In this document: piece after piece, positions 39,710 to 49,184 of the stretch
Position numbering within the stretch: position 1 is the first letter of the stretch
How the letters are laid out: each line of letters opens with the position of its first letter
Assembly (NCBI GenBank): GCA_963696295.1
Contig: CAVOJR010000001.1
Span: 1,184,001-1,248,000, forward strand
Direction: 5' to 3'
Origin: an uncultured Chlamydiae bacterium
GTDB lineage: Bacteria > Chlamydiota > Chlamydiia > Chlamydiales > JAJFMB01
Length of the DNA: 64,000 nucleotides
Notes under the pieces: generated by a model
Told to the model about the DNA's origin: nothing
The model's input: the letters and a program-made list of their open reading frames with translations, nothing else
The model's database searches: none
Program-made: the position numbers and the translations under genes

Positions 39710-40477
39710 ATGAAACTGGTGGTTTTTAGTTTTCTATTTTTCACGACAACTCTATTTTCAATCCCTCCTCGGGATATACCTCCTGAGCATAGAGACGCTT
39801 TTACGATGAATGGTCAAATTCCTGTTGATTATTGGTATATTGATGGGACTTATTCCAGCGATCAACCTGTTGTTTTTTCAAAGGATATGGTGGATAACCT
39901 TGTTAAAAAGGCTAAAGCAAAGAAAGTATGGTACTACGGTCATACTGATACATGGCTTTATAAAGCTATCGAAACCTATGTCGGTGATTTTCAAGGAAAA
40001 ACCGTAGGTATTATAGGAAGCGTAACAGCCTGGTATGAAGCAATTATATTAGCCTATAATGGCAAGCCAGTGACAATAGAGTATAACAAGATCATCACTG
40101 ACCATCCTGGGATTCAAGTAATGACCGTTGAAGAATACAAGAAAAACCCAATTACTTTTGATTACCTCCTTTCTGTCTCATCAATTGAGCATGATGGTCT
40201 TGGACGTTATGGTGACCCAATTAATCCATTTGGTGATATTGAAACCATGCAAGAATTAACAGGTTGGTTAAAAGAAGAGGGACTGTTTTTTCTCTCTATG
40301 CCTGTAGGAAAGGATTTACTTGTTTGGAACGCACATCGCATTTATGGACTGATTCGTTTACCAATGCTTCTTCAGTCTTGGGAGGTAGTAGGGAGTGTTG
40401 GTCATTCAGAGAAACATTTTTTAGTGAGCGATGCCTCGCATCAACCTGTCTTTGTTCTGAAACTTCCTAAAAAATAG
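39710..40477 (+). CDS. DUF268-like methyltransferase-fold protein with signal peptide
   Basis: GS..AWYE, TIEYN, SSIEHDGLGRYGDPINPFGD, PVGKD..WNAHRIYG.IRLP. Confidence 0.8.
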   Translation: MKLVVFSFLFFTTTLFSIPPRDIPPEHRDAFTMNGQIPVDYWYIDGTYSSDQPVVFSKDMVDNLVKKAKAKKVWYYGHTDTWLYKAIETYVGDFQGKTVGIIGSVTAWYEAIILAYNGKPVTIEYNKIITDHPGIQVMTVEEYKKNPITFDYLLSVSSIEHDGLGRYGDPINPFGDIETMQELTGWLKEEGLFFLSMPVGKDLLVWNAHRIYGLIRLPMLLQSWEVVGSVGHSEKHFLVSDASHQPVFVLKLPKK

Positions 40478-40487
40478 GTTTTATTGT

Positions 40488-40518
40488 ATGCCTTGGATAT
40501 TTAACAATTTCAAGGCAT
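40488..40518 (+). terminator. Possible hairpin terminator after the glycan island
   Basis: ATGCCTTG (40488-40495) and CAAGGCAT (40511-40518) form an inverted repeat 10 bp after the stop codon; long loop and no clear U-tract. Confidence 0.3.
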
Positions 40519-40576
40519 TGCTCTGACATTTCAGAACGTTTCAAATCATTGATTATAAAAAACTAATATTTAAAAC

Positions 40577-40621
40577 CACCATTACCCTTGACAAATATTG
40601 GTGTAATGGTGTAACATTACA
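40577..40621 (+). promoter_or_regulatory. Sigma70/sigma66-type promoter with overlapping TrpR operator
   Basis: -35 TTGACA 40588-40593; -10 TAACAT 40612-40617; palindrome TGTAATG-N6-CATTACA 40602-40621, similar to the chlamydial TrpR operator (TGTAAT-N8-ATTACA); immediately upstream of trpR. Confidence 0.85.
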
Positions 40622-40635
40622 ACATGAGGTAAAAC

Positions 40636-40914
40636 ATGAAAGACCGTACCTGGGTGGATTTCCTGGAAATGTGTTCCAAAATCCAAGACGCTAAGAAGCT
40701 GGATCGATTTTTTGATCTGTTTTTGACCATAGAGGAGCGGGAAACCGTGGCCTCCCGGAGCGTCATTATTAAGGCGCTGCTTGAGGGAAAACTGACGCAG
40801 CGGGAGATGGCTGAAAAATATAAGGTCAGCATCGCTCAAATTACAAGGGGATCGAATGCCCTGAAAATCATCGATCCGGAATTTAAACTGTTCCTGGAAC
40901 AACTATTTAAGTGA
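40636..40914 (+). CDS. trpR: Tryptophan operon repressor
   Basis: [36 protein letters not shown]. Confidence 0.95.
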   Translation: MKDRTWVDFLEMCSKIQDAKKLDRFFDLFLTIEERETVASRSVIIKALLEGKLTQREMAEKYKVSIAQITRGSNALKIIDPEFKLFLEQLFK

Positions 40915-42059
40915 AGGCTATGGAAAAAGGAAGCGCCCTGGGGGCCACATTATTAATCACGGGGTGCTGCATCGGAGCGGGCATGATCGGCTTGCCGGTG
41001 GTGAGCGCCATGGCGGGTTTCATCCCCTCCACTTTAGCCATGCTCCTTTGCTATGGCTTTGCGACCGGAACCGGCTTGCTGATTCTGGAAGCGACCTTAT
41101 GGTTCGATCAGCGAGTCAATCTCATCTCAATGGCCGACTTTGCCCTGGGAAGAGCCGGCAAAGCGCTCACCTGGTTCCTCTTTCTCTTTCTTTTCTACTG
41201 CCTGTTCGTCGCCTACATAGACGGGGGCGGACAATTGTTTGCCAAGTTCTTCTCCGTCCCAAGGGAGATCGGGGTGCTGATGTGCGTTAGTTTCGTCGGC
41301 GCGGTGGTTTATGGTGGAACGAGAGCGGTCAGCGGCGTCTGCCGGCTGCTGCTCTTCGGCTCGGCCCTCTCCTACCTCGCCATGCTCTCTTTGGGCCTGC
41401 CGCATGTCCAGGGGCAGCGGCTGCTCTATGCCGATTGGAGCGCAACCCTGGCCACTTTGCCTATCTTGCTGGTCTGTTTCGGATACCAAAATCTGATCCC
41501 GACTCTGACCTACTACACGCAGAAAAACATCAAGGCGCTCCGCACGGCGATTTTTGTCGGGAACCTGATCCCTTTTCTCATTTATTTCCTCTGGAATTTC
41601 GTCATTCTGGGTCTGCTCCCTCAGGGAATTGCCTGCGAGAGCCATATGGTGACAGGGCTGCTCGAAAAGGCCTCCGAATCGGAGTCAGTCCTTTTCTTCG
41701 CGATAGCCTTTTCCTTCTGCGCTATTTTGACTCCCTTCATCGCCAACACGCTCACTTTTGTCGATTTTCTCAAAGACGGCCTAAAAACCTCCAAGGAGCT
41801 GGCCATTTATGGCCTAGTCCTGATCCCGCCGACGCTGCTAACCCTCTTCTACCCCAATCTCTTTTTGAAAGCTCTTGGCATCGCGGGGGGATTTGCCGAT
41901 GTGATTTTATTCGGCCTCCTGCCGGTATCGATCGTGTGGATCGGCCGCTATCATAAAAACGCGAAAGGGCCTTTCACGGCACCGGGGGGAAAACTCTTTT
42001 TGATCATCGTCCTCCTCTTTTCCCTGGGCTTTCTTTTTATAAGGAGTCCGCTATGTTAA
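40911..42059 (+). CDS. Aromatic amino acid permease (TyrP/Mtr/TnaB, HAAAP family)
   Basis: [36 protein letters not shown]; ~11 TM segments. Confidence 0.9.
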   Translation: MKAMEKGSALGATLLITGCCIGAGMIGLPVVSAMAGFIPSTLAMLLCYGFATGTGLLILEATLWFDQRVNLISMADFALGRAGKALTWFLFLFLFYCLFVAYIDGGGQLFAKFFSVPREIGVLMCVSFVGAVVYGGTRAVSGVCRLLLFGSALSYLAMLSLGLPHVQGQRLLYADWSATLATLPILLVCFGYQNLIPTLTYYTQKNIKALRTAIFVGNLIPFLIYFLWNFVILGLLPQGIACESHMVTGLLEKASESESVLFFAIAFSFCAILTPFIANTLTFVDFLKDGLKTSKELAIYGLVLIPPTLLTLFYPNLFLKALGIAGGFADVILFGLLPVSIVWIGRYHKNAKGPFTAPGGKLFLIIVLLFSLGFLFIRSPLC

Positions 42060-43036
42060 AACTGCTGATGGAAAAGCCCTCCTTGACGCGGGATGAAGCG
42101 GAATCGGCTATGACGACAATTTTGGAAGAGGCCGACCCGCATCAGACGGCTGCTTTTCTCGCCATTTTAAAGTACCGGGGCGAAACGCCGGCAGAGATCG
42201 CGGGGATGGCAGCGGCTTTGCAAAAAAAAGCGGTGCCCGTGAATCTCCCTCAGCCCACTTTAGACATTGTCGGCACGGGGGGCGATATGGCCAATACGGT
42301 CAATATTTCCACCGGCTCCGCCCTCCTGGCTGCCGCCTGCGGCATCCCGGTGGCAAAGCATGGCAACCGCTCCGCTTCGAGCCGAAGCGGCTCCGCCGAT
42401 GTCCTGGAAGCCTTAGGGGTTAAAATTGAGATCCCGCCGGAACAATTGGGGCGCTGTCTTGAGGAAATGAGCCTCGCTTTTATGTTTGCTCCCGCTTATC
42501 ACCCTGCCTTAAAAAAAATGGCGCCGATCAGAAAAGGGCTTAAATACCCAACCGTTTTTAATATTTTGGGCCCGCTGCTTAATCCGGCGAGGTCGGAGTA
42601 TGCATTAATTGGCGTGGCGAGCGAGCCTGTCCTGGAGCGGATGAGCGAGGTCATTTTACAGATGGGGGATAAAAAAAGGGTCCTCCTTTTTCACGGGTGC
42701 GGCCTGGATGAATTGACGCCTCTTGGAAAAATGATAGCCTACGACATCAAAGGAGGGCAAAGGAGACGCTTCGAGATTGACCCGGAGTCCTTGGGTTTTT
42801 CCCTCTGCACCCTGAAGGAGCTGCAAGGGGGAGACGCAAAAGCAAACGCGGCTATTTTGAGCGAGGTTTTTGCCGGCGGCCAGGGGGCCGTGGCCGACGC
42901 TCTGATTTTTAACGCCGGAGCCGCCGTCTGGATTTTCGGCGCGGCCCCCACTTTAAATGAGGGCATTCAAAAGGCGCGCCAAGTCCAGCAGGAGGGAGGA
43001 GCGCTCAAAATTCTGGAAAAATGGAGGGCCCTATGA
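42053..43036 (+). CDS. trpD: Anthranilate phosphoribosyltransferase
   Basis: DIVGTGGD..NTVNIST, AKHGNRSASSRSGSADVLEALG, FNILGPLLNP, GLDE. Confidence 0.96.
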   Translation: MLKLLMEKPSLTRDEAESAMTTILEEADPHQTAAFLAILKYRGETPAEIAGMAAALQKKAVPVNLPQPTLDIVGTGGDMANTVNISTGSALLAAACGIPVAKHGNRSASSRSGSADVLEALGVKIEIPPEQLGRCLEEMSLAFMFAPAYHPALKKMAPIRKGLKYPTVFNILGPLLNPARSEYALIGVASEPVLERMSEVILQMGDKKRVLLFHGCGLDELTPLGKMIAYDIKGGQRRRFEIDPESLGFSLCTLKELQGGDAKANAAILSEVFAGGQGAVADALIFNAGAAVWIFGAAPTLNEGIQKARQVQQEGGALKILEKWRAL

Positions 43037-43812
43037 CTTATCTGGATAAAATTTTGCACGAGAAAAAGCAGGAAGTGGCGCGGTTGATAAAAACTCAAAT
43101 TCCGGCAGAGTCCCGCGCACCGCGCTGCCGCTTTTCTGACGCGCTGAAAGGCCCAGGTTTAGCGGTCATCGGCGAGGTGAAACGGCGCTCGCCCACTTTA
43201 GGGGAGATCCGGGCCATAGAGGATCCGCTGGAGCTCGCCTTAACCTATTGCCAAGGGGGTGCCTCAGCCATTTCCGTTTTGACCGACTCGCAAGGCTTTG
43301 GAGGCTCTTTGGAGGATTTGAGCCGGGTGGCCGGCATTAGAGCGAAATACCCGAAAGCGGCGCTATTAAGGAAAGATTTTATCATTCATCCTGTGCAGCT
43401 CTCTGAAGCGGTCCTGGCCGGCGCAGATGCGGTGCTTCTAATTGCCCATGCGATAGGTAAGGACTTAAAAAATCTGCTGCAGGAGGCCAGACGCCTTGGC
43501 CTCGAAGTGTTGACTGAAGTGCACGATTTCACCGATCTGGAATTAGCCCTGGAGGCCGAAGCGCCTATCATCGGCATCAATCACCGCAATCTCGCCACTT
43601 TCGAAATCGATCTTGCCATTTCGGAAAAGCTGATCCCATTGATTCCCAAAGGGGTTATCACGGTAGCCGAATCGGGCATCCATGAGCCTCAGCAGGCCAG
43701 GCATATGCGCGCTCTTGGGTTTGACGCCATCTTAGTCGGCGAAGCGCTTGTACGCTCCTCCGATCCCGCCAAACTCATCAAACAGATGAAAGGGGAAAAC
43801 GATGATCGTTAA
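43033..43812 (+). CDS. trpC: Indole-3-glycerol phosphate synthase
   Basis: EVKRRSPT.G, ISVLTD, LRKDFI, GADAVLLI, GINHRNL, ESGI; start MTYLDKI overlaps trpD stop. Confidence 0.96.
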   Translation: MTYLDKILHEKKQEVARLIKTQIPAESRAPRCRFSDALKGPGLAVIGEVKRRSPTLGEIRAIEDPLELALTYCQGGASAISVLTDSQGFGGSLEDLSRVAGIRAKYPKAALLRKDFIIHPVQLSEAVLAGADAVLLIAHAIGKDLKNLLQEARRLGLEVLTEVHDFTDLELALEAEAPIIGINHRNLATFEIDLAISEKLIPLIPKGVITVAESGIHEPQQARHMRALGFDAILVGEALVRSSDPAKLIKQMKGENDDR

Positions 43813-44377
43813 AATTTGCGGAGTGACCCATCCGGAGGATGCCAAAGCCGCCGCGCAGTTTGGAGCCGATTTTATCGGCATGATTTTCTTCGCCGGCTCA
43901 AAACGGAATGTCTCTATCCCTGAAGCCGCACAGATTGCCAAAGCCGCGAAAGAGGCCGGCGCGGAGCCGGTAGGGGTTTTTGTGGATCAATCAGCCGGGC
44001 AGATCGCCGCTGTTTGCGAACAGACGGGCATAGAAAGAATTCAGCTGCATGGAACATCCCGTCAAGCGCTGACAGATCTTCAGGAGCGCTTTGCGGTCAT
44101 TTACGCAGTTTCAGAAGAAGTTCCCCCGACAGTGACCCTCCTGTACGATCCATCGCAAGGGACGGGCCGCACTTTCGACTGGAAGGCCTTTACTCCCCCA
44201 AAAGGGAGAATCTGGATGCTGGCCGGCGGCCTGACTCCTGACAATGTGGGAGAGGCCATTCGTCTATTGAAACCAAACGGCGTGGATGTCGCCACCGGGG
44301 TGGAGTTTCCCCATACCTTAAGGAAAGACCCGAATTTAGTCCAAGCCTTCATCCGGGCGATAAAGGAGAATCTATGA
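43802..44377 (+). CDS. trpF: Phosphoribosylanthranilate isomerase
   Basis: [38 protein letters not shown]. Confidence 0.95.
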   Translation: MIVKICGVTHPEDAKAAAQFGADFIGMIFFAGSKRNVSIPEAAQIAKAAKEAGAEPVGVFVDQSAGQIAAVCEQTGIERIQLHGTSRQALTDLQERFAVIYAVSEEVPPTVTLLYDPSQGTGRTFDWKAFTPPKGRIWMLAGGLTPDNVGEAIRLLKPNGVDVATGVEFPHTLRKDPNLVQAFIRAIKENL

Positions 44378-45522
44378 ACCACCCTTACCCCTTCGGCGGG
44401 CAATTTATGCCGGAAATTTTAATGACTCCGATTCAGAATTTGAGCGAAAATTGGGAGGCGCTGCGAAGTCAAAGGGACTTTCAGGAGGAGCTCGATTTCC
44501 TTTTAAAACACTATGCCGGCAGGCCAACGCCCTTGACCGAAGTGAAAAATTTCGCGCGAGCCATTGACGGCCCCCGCGTGTTTCTCAAGCGGGAAGATCT
44601 GCTGCACACCGGCGCGCATAAAATCAATAACGCGCTCGGCCAATGCCTGCTCGCGAAAAGGCTTGGCAAGGAGCGCATCATCGCCGAAACGGGCGCGGGC
44701 CAGCACGGCGTGGCCACCGCGACCGCCTGCGCCTATTTGGGCCTCAAGTGCGTCGTGTACATGGGGCAAACAGATATCGTGCGGCAAAAGCCGAATGTGG
44801 ACAAAATGCACCTCCTGGGCGCGCAAATCGTCCCCGTCACCCAAGGATCGGCGACTTTAAAAGACGCGATCAACGAAGCGCTGCGCGACTGGTCCGCCCA
44901 TTACGAATCTTCCCATTACTGCCTCGGATCGGCCCTGGGGCCTGCTCCCTATCCGGAAATGGTGCGCGCTTTTCAGTCGGTGATCAGCCTGGAAATAAAA
45001 AATCAGATGGAGAGCGCTCCCGATCTGCTCATCGCCTGTGTGGGAGGAGGATCCAACGCGATCGGTTTCTTCCACCACTTTATTGCCGATAAAGAGGTGA
45101 AGCTCGTCGGCGTTGAGGCGGGCGGCCTTGGCATCGCCTCCAAAAAGCATGCGGCCCGCTTTTCCGGCGGCAGCCCCGGCGTGCTCCACGGCTGCTACAC
45201 CTACCTCTTACAAGATGAGGAGGGGCAGATTCTGCCCACCCATTCGGTATCGGCCGGCCTCGATTATCCGGCGGTGGGTCCCGACCACGCCGCCTTATAT
45301 GAATCGGGGCGCGCCTCTTATGCCACCGTCACGGACAGCGAAGCCCTGGAGGCCTTTCACCTCCTGGCGCGCGTGGAAGGGATCATCCCGGCGCTGGAAT
45401 CGAGCCACGCTTTAGCCTATCTCATGAAGATAGCGCCGGAACTCCCCAAGAAGAGCCTGGTGATCGTTAATCTGTCGGGCAGGGGAGATAAAGATTTAGC
45501 CCAAGTTTTGGAGGAAAAATGA
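44374..45522 (+). CDS. trpB: Tryptophan synthase beta chain
   Basis: [50 protein letters not shown]. Confidence 0.98.
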   Translation: MNHPYPFGGQFMPEILMTPIQNLSENWEALRSQRDFQEELDFLLKHYAGRPTPLTEVKNFARAIDGPRVFLKREDLLHTGAHKINNALGQCLLAKRLGKERIIAETGAGQHGVATATACAYLGLKCVVYMGQTDIVRQKPNVDKMHLLGAQIVPVTQGSATLKDAINEALRDWSAHYESSHYCLGSALGPAPYPEMVRAFQSVISLEIKNQMESAPDLLIACVGGGSNAIGFFHHFIADKEVKLVGVEAGGLGIASKKHAARFSGGSPGVLHGCYTYLLQDEEGQILPTHSVSAGLDYPAVGPDHAALYESGRASYATVTDSEALEAFHLLARVEGIIPALESSHALAYLMKIAPELPKKSLVIVNLSGRGDKDLAQVLEEK

Positions 45523-46259
45523 GTTTTGTCGGATTTGTCGTTGGAGGGGATGGCGGCGAGGATTATTGCGTCGAGTGCTGCCTGCAGCTCATTGAGGGGG
45601 GCATTGATATTCTGGAGATCGGCTTCCCCTTTTCCGATCCGGTGGCCGACGGCCCGGTGATCCAGCGCGCCTCGGAAAGGGCCTTAAAGGGAGGCGCGAA
45701 TGGAGCGACCCTCTTAAGAATTGCCGCCCGCATCAGGGAAAAGAGCGCTATCCCCCTGATTTTGTTCACCTACTATAACCCCTTGTTAAAAAAAGGGGAC
45801 GGCTACTTAAAAGAACTTAAAGCCGCCGGCTACGATGCCATCCTCGTCGTCGACCTGCCGCCGCCCAAGGAGAAGCACCACCCCTATTTTGACGCCTTAG
45901 AAGCCGCCGGCCTCTACCCCATCTTTTTAGTCACCCCGTCGACGGACGACCAGCGCCTCACTCAGATCGGGGAAATCGCGCAAGGCTTCCTCTATTACGC
46001 CTGCCAGAAAGGGACCACCGGCGTCAGAGACAAGCTGCCGGAGGATTTTTCCCTGCAAATCTCCCGCATCAGGCAAAAAACCAACCTGCCGATTGCCGCC
46101 GGCTTCGGCATAGCCAATCGGGCCAATGCCAAAGAGGCCTTGCAGGCGGCTGACGCCTTTGTGGTGGGTTCAGCCTTTGTGAAATTGATGGAGCAGCGGG
46201 TAAAGCCGCAAGAATTAAAACGGCTGGCTCAAGATATCGATCCCAGGGGGAAAGCATGA
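45519..46259 (+). CDS. trpA: Tryptophan synthase alpha chain
   Basis: [39 protein letters not shown]. Confidence 0.96.
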   Translation: MSFVGFVVGGDGGEDYCVECCLQLIEGGIDILEIGFPFSDPVADGPVIQRASERALKGGANGATLLRIAARIREKSAIPLILFTYYNPLLKKGDGYLKELKAAGYDAILVVDLPPPKEKHHPYFDALEAAGLYPIFLVTPSTDDQRLTQIGEIAQGFLYYACQKGTTGVRDKLPEDFSLQISRIRQKTNLPIAAGFGIANRANAKEALQAADAFVVGSAFVKLMEQRVKPQELKRLAQDIDPRGKA

Positions 46260-47473
46260 AAAGAGCCCTTGAAATGGACGCTGAAGACCCCTTAAAAGAG
46301 TTCAGAGACCGCTTTGCCCTGCCCGGCGGCATCTACCTCTGCAACAATTCTTTGGGCCTTCCGCCAAAATCTGCCTTCACGAAGATGCAGGCACAGATGG
46401 AGCGGTGGCAGACGCATGGCGTGGAAGGGTGGTTTCAAGGGGATTCGAACTGGTATAACTTCGATCAGTCGATCAAAAAGCCGCTGTCCCGCCTGCTAGG
46501 AGCGAAATTTGACGAAGTCGCCGCCATGCATAGCCTTACGGCCAATTTGCATTTGCTCCTGGTTTCCTTTTATCAGCCAACGAAAGAGCGATTTAAGATA
46601 TTGATCGAAGGGCCCATTTTTCCATCAGACTTGTACGCCCTCAAAAGCCGCATCGCACAGCTGGGCCTCGATCCGCAAAAATGTTTGCGCATCGTAGAAC
46701 CTCTCCAGGGGGAGCACTGTTTGAGGCAAGAGGAAATAGAGCGGGTGATCGAAGAAGAGGGCGCATCCATTGCCCTGCTTTTTTTCAGCGGCGTTAATTT
46801 TCTGACCGGCCAGGTGCTTGATATGGAGAGAATCGCCCTGCTCGCTCAAAATCAGGGGTGCACCGTCGGCTACGACCTCGCCCACGCCGCCGGAAATATC
46901 CCTTTACGCCTGCACGACTGGGGCGTCGATTTTGCCGTGGGATGCTCCTACAAGTATCTTTGCAGCGGACCGGGCGGTCCGGGCATCGCCTTCGTCCATG
47001 AAAAGCACCATCAAAAAGCCCTGCCGCGCCTCAGCGGCTGGTGGGGAAACGACCCAAAAACCCGCTTTCAAATGCAGCTGCAGCCCGAATTTATCCCCTA
47101 TGGCGGCGCCGCCGGCTGGCAATTGAGCACCCCTTCGATTTTGGCCCTGACGCCCCTTTTAGCCTCTTTAGAAATATATGAAGAGGCCGGGATCGATCGT
47201 CTGCGCGAGAAGTCGGAGCGGCAAACCGCCTATTTATTGGAATTGCTCGACCCCTCAAAAACGGTAGTGATTACTCCCAGGGATCCCCGTCAGCGCGGCA
47301 GCCAGCTCTCTTTGCTTTTCCCCGATGCGGAAAAACATTTGCGCCGGCTGGAAAAAAAGGGGATAATTTGCGATTTCCGGCCCCCCAATATCATCCGGGT
47401 GACCCCTTCGCCTCTCTACAATACCTACCATGAGATCTACAGGTTTGCAGAGGTGTTATGTTCTGAATTTTGA
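46256..47473 (+). CDS. kynU: Kynureninase
   Basis: IYLCNNSLGL, LTANLHLL, FPSD.YA, DLAHAAGN, GCSYKYL.SGPG, GWWG, RGSQLS, CDFRPP, PLYN. Confidence 0.95.
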   Translation: MKRALEMDAEDPLKEFRDRFALPGGIYLCNNSLGLPPKSAFTKMQAQMERWQTHGVEGWFQGDSNWYNFDQSIKKPLSRLLGAKFDEVAAMHSLTANLHLLLVSFYQPTKERFKILIEGPIFPSDLYALKSRIAQLGLDPQKCLRIVEPLQGEHCLRQEEIERVIEEEGASIALLFFSGVNFLTGQVLDMERIALLAQNQGCTVGYDLAHAAGNIPLRLHDWGVDFAVGCSYKYLCSGPGGPGIAFVHEKHHQKALPRLSGWWGNDPKTRFQMQLQPEFIPYGGAAGWQLSTPSILALTPLLASLEIYEEAGIDRLREKSERQTAYLLELLDPSKTVVITPRDPRQRGSQLSLLFPDAEKHLRRLEKKGIICDFRPPNIIRVTPSPLYNTYHEIYRFAEVLCSEF

Positions 47474-49141
47474 ACGGATGAGGACCTCTTTGCCTTCAAA
47501 GGCAAAGCCGAGATACAAAATTTGGGTTATACCCCGGTCAAGCAGTTCTTGAGCATACTCTCTATCTTCAATTTGTTTCAGAGCGGAAAGAACGGCTGTT
47601 TCCAGATCGATCTTCTCAAATCGGCCGATTTTCTTAAATTCCATGATGATGCCCAGATCCTTTGAATTTTTAGGGATGAGCATCACATCATATCTACCAT
47701 ACCCGCTTTCCCGGTTAGACTTCACTTCATATCGATCTTTGAGCCCTACCAGCATTCCCAAAACAAACGCGTGATAAATCTTCTCCGATTCTTCCAAAGG
47801 CACATCAAAAACACTCACAGACGATATCATGAATTCCTGAAAAAGTTGAGAAAAAGTATCGATATCCCCCTTTGTCAGGCTGCTTAGAAGCAAGTGATAA
47901 TTATTTTCATGAATTCCTGTCTTAAACCAGTCTAAAATTATCTTTTGATATAATTCACTCACTTCCCTGTTGGGAATGCGCAAACGGCAAGGAATGCCGT
48001 AGACAGGAGTGTTGTCAATCGTCACATATCCGCTATAAAGAAGTAAGGACCATATGGCATCAGGACTTTTGTCAAGGTCTGGAAATACAATACCCTCCTC
48101 AATCGTTTTTTCCACAAAACCGCCTCTAAGAAGTTCTTCGATATCGGCTTTCAAGTCATTTGTTCCTTTAGAGATGAGATGTTTCATGAGAGCATTATCG
48201 CTAGTATTGACCCAATAAGGAGATAAAGTGCCGTTATTATGAATGCAAAATAAAACGGACCAGGGATTATGTATTCCCGGGCAAGATCCAAAACGGTAGC
48301 CATCGTACCACTCACTTATTTCAGAAAATTTATGGGAGAGACCCCTATGTTCAAGAAGCGCCTTTACTTCCGGTTCCACCCATCCGAATTGATCTTGAAA
48401 ATTCTCATTCAGGATTGTAAAGGTGCTGATATTATTCAAACCTGAAAAGACGCTTTCCTTGGCAATACGGAGTATTCCAGTGAGAACACCCCTTTCTAAA
48501 TAGATATTATCTTTCAAACCGGCTGAGAGCCAATTCCGGATAAAATTAATAAATGTATTGTAATATTTTCCAATATAAGCGGAATGAGCCGGTGTATCAT
48601 ACTCATCAATCAGGAGAATGACCTTCTTTTTGTGGTAGCGATGCAGCCATTCTGTAAGAAGATGAAGACTTTGTTCGACAAAAATAACCCCATCTTCTTC
48701 AAAACAAATTTTATTATAAAGCCTTTGTTCACTTTCATCCAGAATATCCAAAATATAGCGATTCCGTTTAAATTCATTGGAGATGACATTGCGCAAAGCT
48801 TCAAAAGTTTCCTCCCAAGAGACGTGTTTCACATCTTTAAGCGTGATAAAAACAACGGGAAACTGCCCCTGCATGGCTCTGTATTTTTCATTTTTCCAAA
48901 TATTCAATTCCTTGAACAAATAGCTCGTATCTTCGGCGCTTTTTTCAAAAAAATAACGCAGCATAGAAAGGTTCAAGGTCTTGCCAAAACGGCGCGGACG
49001 AGGGATGAGGGCAACATGTGTCCCTTTTTCAACAACCTCTTGAATAAAAAGAGTTTTATCGATATAGGCATAGCCTCCATCAATCAAAGTTTTGAAATCG
49101 CTGATTCCTATAGGGAGTGGTTTTTTTGCCGTATTTTCCAC
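47456..49141 (-). CDS. AAA-ATPase-like protein with C-terminal PD-(D/E)XK nuclease domain
   Basis: LPIGISDF, YIDKT, RPRRFGKTLNLSML, LIDEYD, WYDGY, SNRESGYGRYD..IMEFK; GGAGG RBS. Confidence 0.9.
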   Translation of the reverse strand: MENTAKKPLPIGISDFKTLIDGGYAYIDKTLFIQEVVEKGTHVALIPRPRRFGKTLNLSMLRYFFEKSAEDTSYLFKELNIWKNEKYRAMQGQFPVVFITLKDVKHVSWEETFEALRNVISNEFKRNRYILDILDESEQRLYNKICFEEDGVIFVEQSLHLLTEWLHRYHKKKVILLIDEYDTPAHSAYIGKYYNTFINFIRNWLSAGLKDNIYLERGVLTGILRIAKESVFSGLNNISTFTILNENFQDQFGWVEPEVKALLEHRGLSHKFSEISEWYDGYRFGSCPGIHNPWSVLFCIHNNGTLSPYWVNTSDNALMKHLISKGTNDLKADIEELLRGGFVEKTIEEGIVFPDLDKSPDAIWSLLLYSGYVTIDNTPVYGIPCRLRIPNREVSELYQKIILDWFKTGIHENNYHLLLSSLTKGDIDTFSQLFQEFMISSVSVFDVPLEESEKIYHAFVLGMLVGLKDRYEVKSNRESGYGRYDVMLIPKNSKDLGIIMEFKKIGRFEKIDLETAVLSALKQIEDREYAQELLDRGITQILYLGFAFEGKEVLIRSKFRT

Positions 49142-49184
49142 AAAACCTCCAAAGGATAAACATACCCATTTTGAAGTAAAATTT

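Noticed and set aside
40964..47126. Many overlapping alternative-frame ORFs in the trp operon
   Set aside because: Expected from GC-rich codon usage; no motifs or RBS support.
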